From Spirochaetia bacterium (GTDB taxonomy: Bacteria > Spirochaetota > Spirochaetia > SZUA-6 > Bin103), in contig OZ241907.1 of assembly GCA_965203515.1 (NCBI GenBank), positions 2,592,001 through 2,656,000 on the forward strand: a stretch of DNA of 64,000 nucleotides. The letters are read 5' to 3'. Position numbers and translations under genes: made by a program. The stretch's first letter is position 1. Every line of letters begins with the position of its first letter. Under the pieces are notes generated by a model, which did not search any database, was not told the DNA's origin, and was given only the letters and a program-made list of their open reading frames with translations. Positions 51,977 to 64,000 of this stretch are shown here, in pieces.

Positions 51977-53002
51977 ATGGCTGCCATCAAGACTGCCGTC
52001 GGGCCGCGCCCCGACACCGATGCCGCGCAGCCGGCGCCCGAGTTCCCCGGCTGCACGCCGGTCCACCTGCCGGCAGACAAGCTCGACCGTAGCGAACGGC
52101 GGTTGGAGTATTGGGACGGCGCTACCGAGACCGCCTGGATCTGCGAACCGGCCAGTCCCTACCACGAACGGCCCTCCGGCCGCCTGACCCGGCTCACCGA
52201 GCGGATCGCGCTGGTGCGCGGCGCTCCCATCGAAAGCTACGGCTCGATGGACCTGCGGCAGCATGACGGGCCGCGCAGCATCATGCAGGCCGACGAGTCG
52301 GTGTACCTGCATCCGGGCAGCGCGCGGCTGCCGGGACCGTCGGCGATGGTGATCGGCGTGGACGACTATCCCGACGTGGTGCTGGAGGTGGACCACACTA
52401 CCGACGTGCGGCGCGGCAAGCTGGCGTTGTACGAGTCGTGGGGATTCCCGGAGGTATGGGTGGAGGTGCCGGACGAAACCGCGCCGAGCCGCCCGCGGAG
52501 CCGGCGTTCGGGACTGACGATCCTCCTGCTGGAGGCCGGCGCGTACCGGGCGGCGCGGGAGAGCCGCGCGTTTCCGGGGTGGAAGGCGGAGGAGATCCAC
52601 GCGGCGTTGAACGAACCGGCGCTGTCGGCGCAGACCAGTGCGGTGCTGGAGCGGGTAGGGACGACGCTCGGCGAGCGGGAGGGCACCGGGCCGGACCACG
52701 ATCCGCTGCTGCGGTCACAACGGCGCCGGGGATTCGAGCGCGGGCTGGAGCGCGGCCACGAGCGTGGCCTGAAGCACGGCCTCGAACGCGGCCTGGAGCA
52801 CGGGCGGGCGGAGGAGCGCGCGCTGCTGTGCCGGCAGGCGGCGCGGAAGTTCGACGACGACACGGCGCAACGGCTCGCAGTGCTTCTGGAGCAGACCGCC
52901 GATCCCGAACGCCTGGCGCAGGCCGGAATCTGGATCCTCGAGTGCGAGACCGGAGCCGAGCTCCTCGACCGGTTAGCAGGCAACACTGCGCGCCGGACGT
53001 GA
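51977..53002 (+). CDS. Uma2-like PD-(D/E)XK nuclease with GxxR/H repeats and an Rpn/DUF4351-like C-terminal domain
   Basis: RLEYWDG, HE, QADES, PDVVLEVD, LYESWGFPEVW; RGFERGLERGHERGLKHGLERGLEHG; LLCRQAARKF. Confidence 0.82.
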   Translation: MAAIKTAVGPRPDTDAAQPAPEFPGCTPVHLPADKLDRSERRLEYWDGATETAWICEPASPYHERPSGRLTRLTERIALVRGAPIESYGSMDLRQHDGPRSIMQADESVYLHPGSARLPGPSAMVIGVDDYPDVVLEVDHTTDVRRGKLALYESWGFPEVWVEVPDETAPSRPRSRRSGLTILLLEAGAYRAARESRAFPGWKAEEIHAALNEPALSAQTSAVLERVGTTLGEREGTGPDHDPLLRSQRRRGFERGLERGHERGLKHGLERGLEHGRAEERALLCRQAARKFDDDTAQRLAVLLEQTADPERLAQAGIWILECETGAELLDRLAGNTARRT

Positions 53003-53563
53003 ACCGGCGGACAAACTGGCGCAGTGGCGCACACCGAGCACGGTATCCGCTGGCTGATCTCCGCCGTTGCGTGGGGGAAGCAGGCACCCTGCGCAGCGCC
53101 GCAGCAGGACGACGAGAAGGCATGGACGATCAGTGATACCCCTACCTGGAGGGCTACTCACCCGATTTCGTCAAGAACGTGCTTCACCCCTTTGCTCCAA
53201 CCGCGGCTCGAGCCGGCACTCGCCCTGCCGACCTGAGCGACGTGCGCGGTGGACGTCGAAGAATTCGAGCCGGCTTCAGTGCGCGTAGCACAATAGACGG
53301 TACTTGAATCGTTGCGTTTCGAGGATATAGTCGTCGTGCAGTACTCCTTTTCGAGTCTGGTATAGGGCGTTCGCCGCGCCATGGCAGCATCATCGCATCG
53401 TTCGGCCGGGTCTCTCAAAGCGTCCACTGGAGGCCACGCCGCTCCTTGCCCCTCAAACCGGCGGTTGCAGGAGGGCGCGGGCGCTCCTCCATGCCGTCCG
53501 GTGGAGCGTTTGACCGCCGGCCGGCCCGGCGGGTATGGTGACCTCGCTACAAGGGAGTGAAAC

Positions 53564-55834
<2,271 letters not shown>

Positions 55835-55852
55835 CGGCCGCCGGAGACCGCC

Positions 55853-56437
55853 ATGGACATCACCTCGCTGCAACACGTCAACGTCAAGGTAGCCGCGGCC
55901 GACGCCGGCGGCTTCGACCTCGCCCGCGCCATCCCGGTGTTCCACCGCTGGATTCAGGATCGGGTGCTGGACGACGAGCTGGCGATCGACGTGGCCGACT
56001 ACCGCCACGTGCCGGACGGGCCGGGCGTGATCCTGGTCGCCCATGAGGCGATCTACGGCCTCGATCAGGGGGACGGGTCGCTGGGCCTGCTCTACGACCG
56101 GCGCGCGGCGGTCGACGGGACTCCGCAGGAGCGGCTGCGGCAGGCGGCGCGGGCGGCGCTGCGGGCGTGCCGGCTGCTGGAGGAAGACCCGGCGCTGGAC
56201 GGAGCGCTCCGCTTCGACGGCGGCCGGCTGCAGGTGAGCGTCAACGACCGCGCGCTGGCGCCCAACACCGACGCCACCGACCGCGCGTTGCGTCCGCAGG
56301 TGGAGCGGCTGCTCGAGTCGCTCTGGGGCGCCGGCGCCCACGCCATCGAACGGCTCGGCGAGCCGCGCGAGCGCTACCGCCTGGGAGCGTCGGCCGGCCG
56401 GCGGATCCCCGTCGCGGAGCTGCTCGCCCGGCTCTGA
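55853..56437 (+). CDS. Hypothetical protein following the reductase
   Basis: IPVFHRWIQ, IDVADYRHVPDGPG, NDRALAPN; GGAG RBS. Confidence 0.75.
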   Translation: MDITSLQHVNVKVAAADAGGFDLARAIPVFHRWIQDRVLDDELAIDVADYRHVPDGPGVILVAHEAIYGLDQGDGSLGLLYDRRAAVDGTPQERLRQAARAALRACRLLEEDPALDGALRFDGGRLQVSVNDRALAPNTDATDRALRPQVERLLESLWGAGAHAIERLGEPRERYRLGASAGRRIPVAELLARL

Positions 56438-56485
56438 AGCCGCCGGCTCTGAAAGCCGCCCGGCGCCGGCCGGGAGCGCCGCGCC

Positions 56486-58432
<1,947 letters not shown>

Positions 58433-58515
58433 GGGCGCAAGTATACCAGGGGAGAAGATGGCGCTGCGACCCGAGGGCGCCGTGGCCGGGCGGCGGCGTG
58501 GCCGGGCGGCGCCGT

Positions 58516-59895
58516 TCAGCTCGGGGGAACCGGGCCGGGGCTCTGCGGCAGGGGGTAGCGGGTTCCGGTGACGGCGATGCGGAAGCGGTCGTCCGGGCTG
58601 GGCAGAGGCTTCATGACGACGTGCAGCGCCTGGTCCGGCGGCTGCATCTCCACGTGGAAGTGGCGGAACAGCACCGCGGTGACGACCAGGTACAGGAGGT
58701 CGGCGGTCGACGCCCCCAGGCAGGTGTGCGGGCCGAGGCCGTAGGGGCAGTAGACGTTCGGCTGCATGTGCTCCTTGCGGTCCGCCGCGTAGCGGCCGAC
58801 GTCGAAGCGTTCCGGGTCGGGAAAGTATTGCGGCAGGTGATGGGTCACCGTGTTGGCGATGATGCAGTACTCGTCCTTGGGTATCTCGTAGCCCTGGAAT
58901 TCGAAGGCGGCTATCGACGTGCGGGGAAGCGCGGGCGCCGGCGGATGCAGACGCAGGATCTCCATGGCCGCGTGTCGGGTCTGTACCATGCCGCGCAGCG
59001 AGTCACGGTCGGGAAAGCCGGGGGCGAACGCCAGATCGGCCTCCGCCACGACCGCCCGGTGCAGCTCCGGATCGCGCAGGATGTGGTACAGCAGGAAGGA
59101 GGTGGTGCTGGCCGCCGTATCCATGCCGGCGATGAACGGGCCGATGAGCGCGGCGACCGCGTCCCGTTCGTTCATCAGCCGCGGATGCTCGGCGTGGACC
59201 TTGCGGACCAGGTCGACGAAATCGCCGCCGCTTTCCAGGTAGTCGCGCACGTGGTGCTGGTCCCAGATGCGGCGCGCCATCGCGTGCACGGAGCGCTTGG
59301 CCGCGACGTAGCGCGGCAGATATTTCATGGAGGCGGGCCGTACCTTCTGGATGTGGATCTGCACCAGCGCGCGAAAGAAGTAGATCAGGTCCTCCATCAC
59401 CTCCGCCGGTTCCTGGTTGGTCGCCATGAATCCCAGCACGGACGAAACCAGACGCTTGACGTGCGGGAACGCAGCGATCGGTGTCCGCATGGGCCAGCTT
59501 CGGAGCAGGTTGAACTGGCTCCTGACCAGCTTCTCCATCTGCGCGTAGAGCGTCCTGCCGGAGTAGCCGTCCTTGAGGCCGGCGCGCATGGTGCGATGGT
59601 CGGGGCCGTCCAGCTCGATGAGCGTGGGGTTGTCGCCGCCGAGCACCCGGTGGATGTCCTGCATCACTTCGCCGGAGGCGAACAGGCGATGGCCCTGCCG
59701 CTTCATCAGCGCATTCGCTTCGGGACCGGCCAGCACCAGCAGGCGACGATTGAGGGCCCGCACGCGGAACACCGGTCCCAACCGCAGATACTGCCTGGTG
59801 AGGAAATCGCCCATCGCCGTCAGCATCGGCAGCATGTTGCCGATGATCGGCGGGCCCGGCGCCGTCGGTATGGTCATGGTCGATGCAGCCGCCAT
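58516..59895 (-). CDS. Cytochrome P450
   Basis: AGMDT I-helix, [19 protein letters not shown] heme motif. Confidence 0.93.
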   Translation of the reverse strand: MAAASTMTIPTAPGPPIIGNMLPMLTAMGDFLTRQYLRLGPVFRVRALNRRLLVLAGPEANALMKRQGHRLFASGEVMQDIHRVLGGDNPTLIELDGPDHRTMRAGLKDGYSGRTLYAQMEKLVRSQFNLLRSWPMRTPIAAFPHVKRLVSSVLGFMATNQEPAEVMEDLIYFFRALVQIHIQKVRPASMKYLPRYVAAKRSVHAMARRIWDQHHVRDYLESGGDFVDLVRKVHAEHPRLMNERDAVAALIGPFIAGMDTAASTTSFLLYHILRDPELHRAVVAEADLAFAPGFPDRDSLRGMVQTRHAAMEILRLHPPAPALPRTSIAAFEFQGYEIPKDEYCIIANTVTHHLPQYFPDPERFDVGRYAADRKEHMQPNVYCPYGLGPHTCLGASTADLLYLVVTAVLFRHFHVEMQPPDQALHVVMKPLPSPDDRFRIAVTGTRYPLPQSPGPVPPS

Positions 59896-59947
59896 CTGAC
59901 CGGATAGTACGCACGCCCCGGACCCGGCGACAAGCGGGGCGCGGTCT

Positions 59948-60637
59948 TCAGTCGTCAATTCCCGCGGCGCCGGTGCTGGCGCCGGCTGCGGGAGCGATCG
60001 CCCGCAGCAGATCCGCGTCGGTGTCCACGTCGAGGTCGCCGCCCGGAAAATCGATCACCGCGACCGCCGCGCAGCCGCGCAGCACGCGCTTCGCGCCGCG
60101 GTCGCCGGTGAGCGCCGACAACCGGTCGAACAGCGCCGGCGCGAACAGCGCCGGCGGCCCGACCGCGCCGCCGTATCCGCACGCGACCGCCGCGGCTCCG
60201 CCGGCCGCGAACCGCTCGATCAGCGCCGTCAGGACGCCGGCCGTCAACCGCGGCTGGTCGCAGGGCAGTACGATGCAGCCGGCCGGCTGGCCGGCCGGCT
60301 GGCCCGGCGGCTGGCCGCCCGTGACCGCGCGCACCCCGCAGGCGATCGAGGCGCCCACGCCGTCGGCCCAGCGGGAGTTGGTCACGCGCCGGACCGGCAG
60401 ATCGGCGACCGCATCGCCCACCGCCGCTCCTTCGGCGCCGAGCACCACGAACACCGGCCGGCACCCGGCGGCAAGCGCCGCACCAGCGGCGCGGCGCACC
60501 AGCGGCTCGCCGTCGATCCGCACGAGCTGCTTGGGCCGGCCGAGCCGGGTCGAACCGCCGGCCGCCAGCACCACCGCCGCAACCGCTGCCGCGCCGGCCG
60601 CCGGGGGCGGCGCCGGGGGCGGCGCGCTGCCGCTCAC
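59948..60637 (-). CDS. Molybdenum cofactor cytidylyltransferase-like nucleotidyltransferase (MocA-like)
   Basis: LAAGGSTRLGRPKQL, CDQP, GDRGA, DVDT; GTGA overlap with the XdhC-family gene. Confidence 0.88.
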   Translation of the reverse strand: MSGSAPPPAPPPAAGAAAVAAVVLAAGGSTRLGRPKQLVRIDGEPLVRRAAGAALAAGCRPVFVVLGAEGAAVGDAVADLPVRRVTNSRWADGVGASIACGVRAVTGGQPPGQPAGQPAGCIVLPCDQPRLTAGVLTALIERFAAGGAAAVACGYGGAVGPPALFAPALFDRLSALTGDRGAKRVLRGCAAVAVIDFPGGDLDVDTDADLLRAIAPAAGASTGAAGIDD

Positions 60638-61761
60638 GGCGATCGGTCGTGGATCGGGCCGGGGCGGTCGCGCAGGTGGCCGGCGGTGCGCGCGGACAGC
60701 ACGCCGAGGATCTCCGCGACCACCGAGAGCGCGATCTCTTCCGGCGTCTGCGCGCCGATGTCGAGGCCGGCCGGACAGTAGAGCCGGCCCGGATCGCCGT
60801 CCTCCCAGCCCGCCTCGGCGATGAGTCGCTCGGCGCGCGAGCGGGGGCCGATCACCCCCACGTAGGCGGCCGGGGTCTCCTTGAGCGCCGCCAGGATCGC
60901 CGCGTCGCGCAGGTAGTCGTGGGTCACCGACACGCACGCGGTGCGCGGTCCCGGCGCGATCCGGCGGACCGCGTCGGCCGCGTCGGCGGCGTGCAGCACG
61001 GCGGCGGCGGCCGGATGGCGCTGCGGGTCGGCATAGGCCGGGCGGTGATCGGTCAGGGTCACGGAAAGACCGGCCTGCGCGCCGATCACCGCCAGCGGAG
61101 CGGCGTCGTCGCCGGCGCCGAACACCGCCAGGCGGCGCACCGGCATGATGCCTTCGATCATCACCTGCGCCGTACCGCGGCCGGCCGGATAGCGGTCGGC
61201 GGTAACCCGCTCGGAGCCTAGCAGCGACCGCGCGCGGCGCTCGACCGCCGCATCGAGGCCGGCGTCGCCCAGCGAACCGCGCGCCGGGCCGCCGCCGGTC
61301 ACCAGCAGGCGCGCGCCCAGCGGCGCCCGCTCGGGGTCGGTCTCGGGCGGGTCGATCACCGTGGCCAGGGCGGCCGGCCGGCCCTGCCGGAGCGGCGGCT
61401 CCAGGCACTCGCGCAGCGACGGCCGATGTCCGTCGTCGACCGGCGCCACCAGGATGTCCACCACCCCCTGGCAGCCGCTGCCGGAGCCGATCACCACGTC
61501 GACGGGGGCGGTGGTGTCGTAGCGGTGCCGGGACGGCCGGCCGGTGCGCATCGCCTGCCGCGCCCGATCGTCCAGGTCGAAGCAGCCCCCGGAGAGCATC
61601 CCCACCCGCTCCCCGTCCGCGCCGAACAGCATACGCGCGCCGGCCCGCCGATAGCTCGAACCGGCGACCCGCACGACGGTAGCCACGGCGCCCGGCTGCC
61701 GGTCGCGCTCCAGGGCGGTCAGCCGGTCGAGCAGGCGCTCGCGTTCCGTCACCGGGACCAC
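60634..61761 (-). CDS. XdhC/CoxI family Moco chaperone
   Basis: GSSYRRAGARM, SGGC, FGAG, GVIGPR, PAGLDIGAQTPEEIALS. Confidence 0.92.
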   Translation of the reverse strand: MVPVTERERLLDRLTALERDRQPGAVATVVRVAGSSYRRAGARMLFGADGERVGMLSGGCFDLDDRARQAMRTGRPSRHRYDTTAPVDVVIGSGSGCQGVVDILVAPVDDGHRPSLRECLEPPLRQGRPAALATVIDPPETDPERAPLGARLLVTGGGPARGSLGDAGLDAAVERRARSLLGSERVTADRYPAGRGTAQVMIEGIMPVRRLAVFGAGDDAAPLAVIGAQAGLSVTLTDHRPAYADPQRHPAAAAVLHAADAADAVRRIAPGPRTACVSVTHDYLRDAAILAALKETPAAYVGVIGPRSRAERLIAEAGWEDGDPGRLYCPAGLDIGAQTPEEIALSVVAEILGVLSARTAGHLRDRPGPIHDRSP

Positions 61762-61786
61762 GCCGTGCTCCTACGCGCCGATGCGC

Positions 61787-62356
61787 CTACGCGCCGGGAC
61801 CGTGCAGCAGCGCATAGATCACTACGCCGGTGACCGACACGTAGAGCCAGACGGGGAGCGTGACGCGGGCCAGCGGGCGGTGGCGGGGGTGGCGCGTCCA
61901 GCCCCGGCGCAACGTCACGAGGGCGAGGGGTATGATGGTCACCGCCAGGGTGACGTGCGAGACCAGTATCGGGTAGTAGAGCCAGGGTACCGGCCCCGCG
62001 TAGGGCCGGGAGCCGCCGCTCGCTCCGTGATAGATCAGGTAGCCGGTGAGAAACAGCGTCGAGGCCGCGAACGCGGCCAGCACCAGCGCTCGATGGACGG
62101 CGACGGCGTTGCGCCGGATGGCGACGTAGGCGGCAGTCAGACAGACGGCGGCGATCGAGTTCCAGACGACGTTCACGGTCGGCAGCGCCGACACGTCGAG
62201 CCGCGACCGATCGAGCGGCGAGGCGATGCGGGCGCCGGTCGCCGGGCGCGCGGTCAGCACGAAGGCGACCGCGGCCACGGCGGCCACGCTGAAGATGGCG
62301 ATGATCGTGAGCCAGAACCGGTCGGCGGCGGCGCGCTGAGCCGCGGTGCGCAGCAT
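61787..62356 (-). CDS. DUF420 membrane protein
   Basis: LPTVN, H, STLFLTGYLIYH, YYPILVSH, WLYVSVTGVVIY. Confidence 0.88.
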   Translation of the reverse strand: MLRTAAQRAAADRFWLTIIAIFSVAAVAAVAFVLTARPATGARIASPLDRSRLDVSALPTVNVVWNSIAAVCLTAAYVAIRRNAVAVHRALVLAAFAASTLFLTGYLIYHGASGGSRPYAGPVPWLYYPILVSHVTLAVTIIPLALVTLRRGWTRHPRHRPLARVTLPVWLYVSVTGVVIYALLHGPGA

Positions 62357-62362
62357 GGAACG

Positions 62363-63241
62363 ATGAGTATACCCGCAGCCGGTGCCGGGAGCGGCAGCGG
62401 CGCCGGGAACGGCGGCGGCGCCGGGAGCGTCGGTTGCGCCGGGAGCGGCCCCCGGCGCGGGGTGGTGTTCACCGAACGGGCGTTGGCCGCCGCCGGCGGC
62501 GCGCCGGCGGTACGCCGCCTCTGCGCGGAGCGCGGCCTGGACGCGGAGTTCGAGCTGCGCGTGGGCCGCGATCGCGCCGGGCTCGACCTGCAGGGTTCGT
62601 GGCTGATCGACCGCCGGCACGGGAGCTTCGCGGCGGCGCTGGGCGCCGATCGGGCGCCGGACGCCGATCGGGCGCCGGGCGCCGGGTTTCACGCGGCGGT
62701 GCGCGGATCGGTCGCCGCCGCGCTCGATCACGTCCGCGCGGTGTGGGACGAGCGGCCGACCTTCTCATCGTACCGCGCCGCGGCGGCCGCGGTGGAGCGC
62801 CTGCGGGGGCGCGGCCGGCTGGTCTTCACCAACGGGGTGTTCGATCTGCTCCACGTCGGCCACCTGCGGTCGCTGGAATACGCGCGCGGCTTGGGGGCGG
62901 CGCTGGTGGTCGGCCTCAACGGCGACGCCTCGGCGCGCGCGCTGCGGCCGGCCGGGCGGCCGGTGATCGGTCAGTTCGCGCGCGCCGAGCTGCTGGCCGC
63001 GCTGCGCTGCGTCGATGCGGTCATCATCTTCGACGATCCCGATCCGTTGCGGCTGATCGAGGCGGTGCGCCCCGACGTGCTGGTCAAGGGCGGTACCTAC
63101 GCGCCCGAGCAGGTAGCCGGCGGCGCGGCGGTGCGCGCGGCCGGCGGCGTGGTGGCGTTGTCGCCGGTGCTCGCCGGCGTCTCCACCACCGCCATCGTGC
63201 GGCGGATCACGCAAGATCGAGAAGGCGCCGGCACGCGCTGA
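62363..63241 (+). CDS. RfaE domain II-like sugar-phosphate adenylyltransferase with N-terminal extension
   Basis: FTNGVFDLLHVGH, VGLNGD, PDVLVKGG, STT. Confidence 0.85.
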   Translation: MSIPAAGAGSGSGAGNGGGAGSVGCAGSGPRRGVVFTERALAAAGGAPAVRRLCAERGLDAEFELRVGRDRAGLDLQGSWLIDRRHGSFAAALGADRAPDADRAPGAGFHAAVRGSVAAALDHVRAVWDERPTFSSYRAAAAAVERLRGRGRLVFTNGVFDLLHVGHLRSLEYARGLGAALVVGLNGDASARALRPAGRPVIGQFARAELLAALRCVDAVIIFDDPDPLRLIEAVRPDVLVKGGTYAPEQVAGGAAVRAAGGVVALSPVLAGVSTTAIVRRITQDREGAGTR

Positions 63242-63998
63242 TCACCGGATCGACGGCGATCGACTCCATCGACGCGCCCTCCGCCGGCGGCGGCAGGGAC
63301 GCGCACCCGTCGTCCGGCGACGCGCCACCGTCGCCCAGCGACGCGCAACCATCGCCCGGCACGGTCGAGCGCGGCGTGACCACCAGAACCGGGGCCGCCG
63401 CGGAGGCCGGCGCCCAGACCGCGGCGTCGCTCACCGCGAACAGCGCCACCACCGCCACCGACAACGCGGCGGCCAGGTGGGCCAGGCCGGAGTCGTTGCC
63501 CAGCAGCAGCGCGCAGGCGGAGATCACCTGCGCCGTGCGCGCAATCGGCCGGCCGCGCACGATCCGATCGTCGCGGGCGGCCGGCGGGCGCAGGTCCGCT
63601 TCCGCCGGCCCCAGCACCCAGGTGACGGCCGCGTCCCGGCGGAGCGCGTCGGCTACGGCGGCGAACCGGTCGAGCGGCCAGTTCTTGCGAGCGCCGCCCG
63701 ATCCCGGAGCGATCGCGACCCGCCGGCCGCCACGCCCCGATGCGGGCCGCGGCGTGCCCGACAGCGCCAGCGCCGGCACCAGCGCCGGGGCGCGATAGTC
63801 CGCCGGACCGGCGCCGACCGCCTGCAGGTGGTGTCGCACGATCGGCTGCCGGTCCGTCGGCGTCGGGCGCACCGCGCTGACCGGACCGGAGACCGCTCCG
63901 GCCAGCGCCCGTGCGACCGGGCCGCCCGGCTCCGTGAAGGCCAGCGCCGCCCGGACCGGCGCCGGCAGCGCCGGCGCCGCGCCCCGGTAGGCGCGCGC
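63207..63998 (-). CDS. Glycosyltransferase family 9 (heptosyltransferase-like); 5' end outside the window
   Basis: APGSGGARKNWP, GPAE, GNDSGLAHLAAA; frame open to the window edge. Confidence 0.85.
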   Translation of the reverse strand, partial: ARAYRGAAPALPAPVRAALAFTEPGGPVARALAGAVSGPVSAVRPTPTDRQPIVRHHLQAVGAGPADYRAPALVPALALSGTPRPASGRGGRRVAIAPGSGGARKNWPLDRFAAVADALRRDAAVTWVLGPAEADLRPPAARDDRIVRGRPIARTAQVISACALLLGNDSGLAHLAAALSVAVVALFAVSDAAVWAPASAAAPVLVVTPRSTVPGDGCASLGDGGASPDDGCASLPPPAEGASMESIAVDPVISACRRLLDLA

Positions 63999-64000
63999 GA

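Noticed and set aside
53158..53382. Small minus-strand ORF MARRTPYTRLEKEY... in a lower-GC gap
   Set aside because: No recognisable motif, and protein-like segments are spread over frames with stops; at best a decayed remnant.
45900..53400. Prophage or integrative element
   Set aside because: No integrase, transposase, structural genes, tRNA target or flanking att repeats were seen; treated as an accessory hotspot.

Overview
High-GC bacterial chromosomal window. The prfA-prmC-rel gene order suggests a spirochaete. Four PhyH dioxygenases, an arylsulfotransferase, a P450, many ABC importers and several defence/toxin-antitoxin (TA) genes suggest a host-associated (e.g. sponge-symbiont) lifestyle. 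Both of these are inferences. A housekeeping and catabolic backbone is interrupted by three accessory zones. (1) 1-5868 is a minus-strand defence cluster: ABC-type ATPase, TOPRIM-like partner, GmrSD-like nuclease, an IrrE-like protein with an antitoxin-like tail, a VapC PIN toxin, and the start of a type III-like restriction gene that the ORF track missed. (2) 25297-27259 is a low-GC, translationally coupled trio (TIGR04255-like protein, unknown protein, ADP-ribosyltransferase-like protein); it is the best candidate for an uncharacterised chaperone-antitoxin-toxin or defence system. (3) 45900-53400 is a patchwork of a zincin toxin-like gene, an HNH nuclease, a DUF4143 ATPase, FRG and ADP-ribosylglycohydrolase remnants, and a Uma2 nuclease with an Rpn-like tail. 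Window-wide patterns are frequent leaderless-type promoters, short duplications at stop codons, and single-base frameshifts that may be sequencing errors. No rRNA, tRNA, CRISPR array, integrase or transposase was recognised. All family calls come from reading motifs by eye; no database searches were run.
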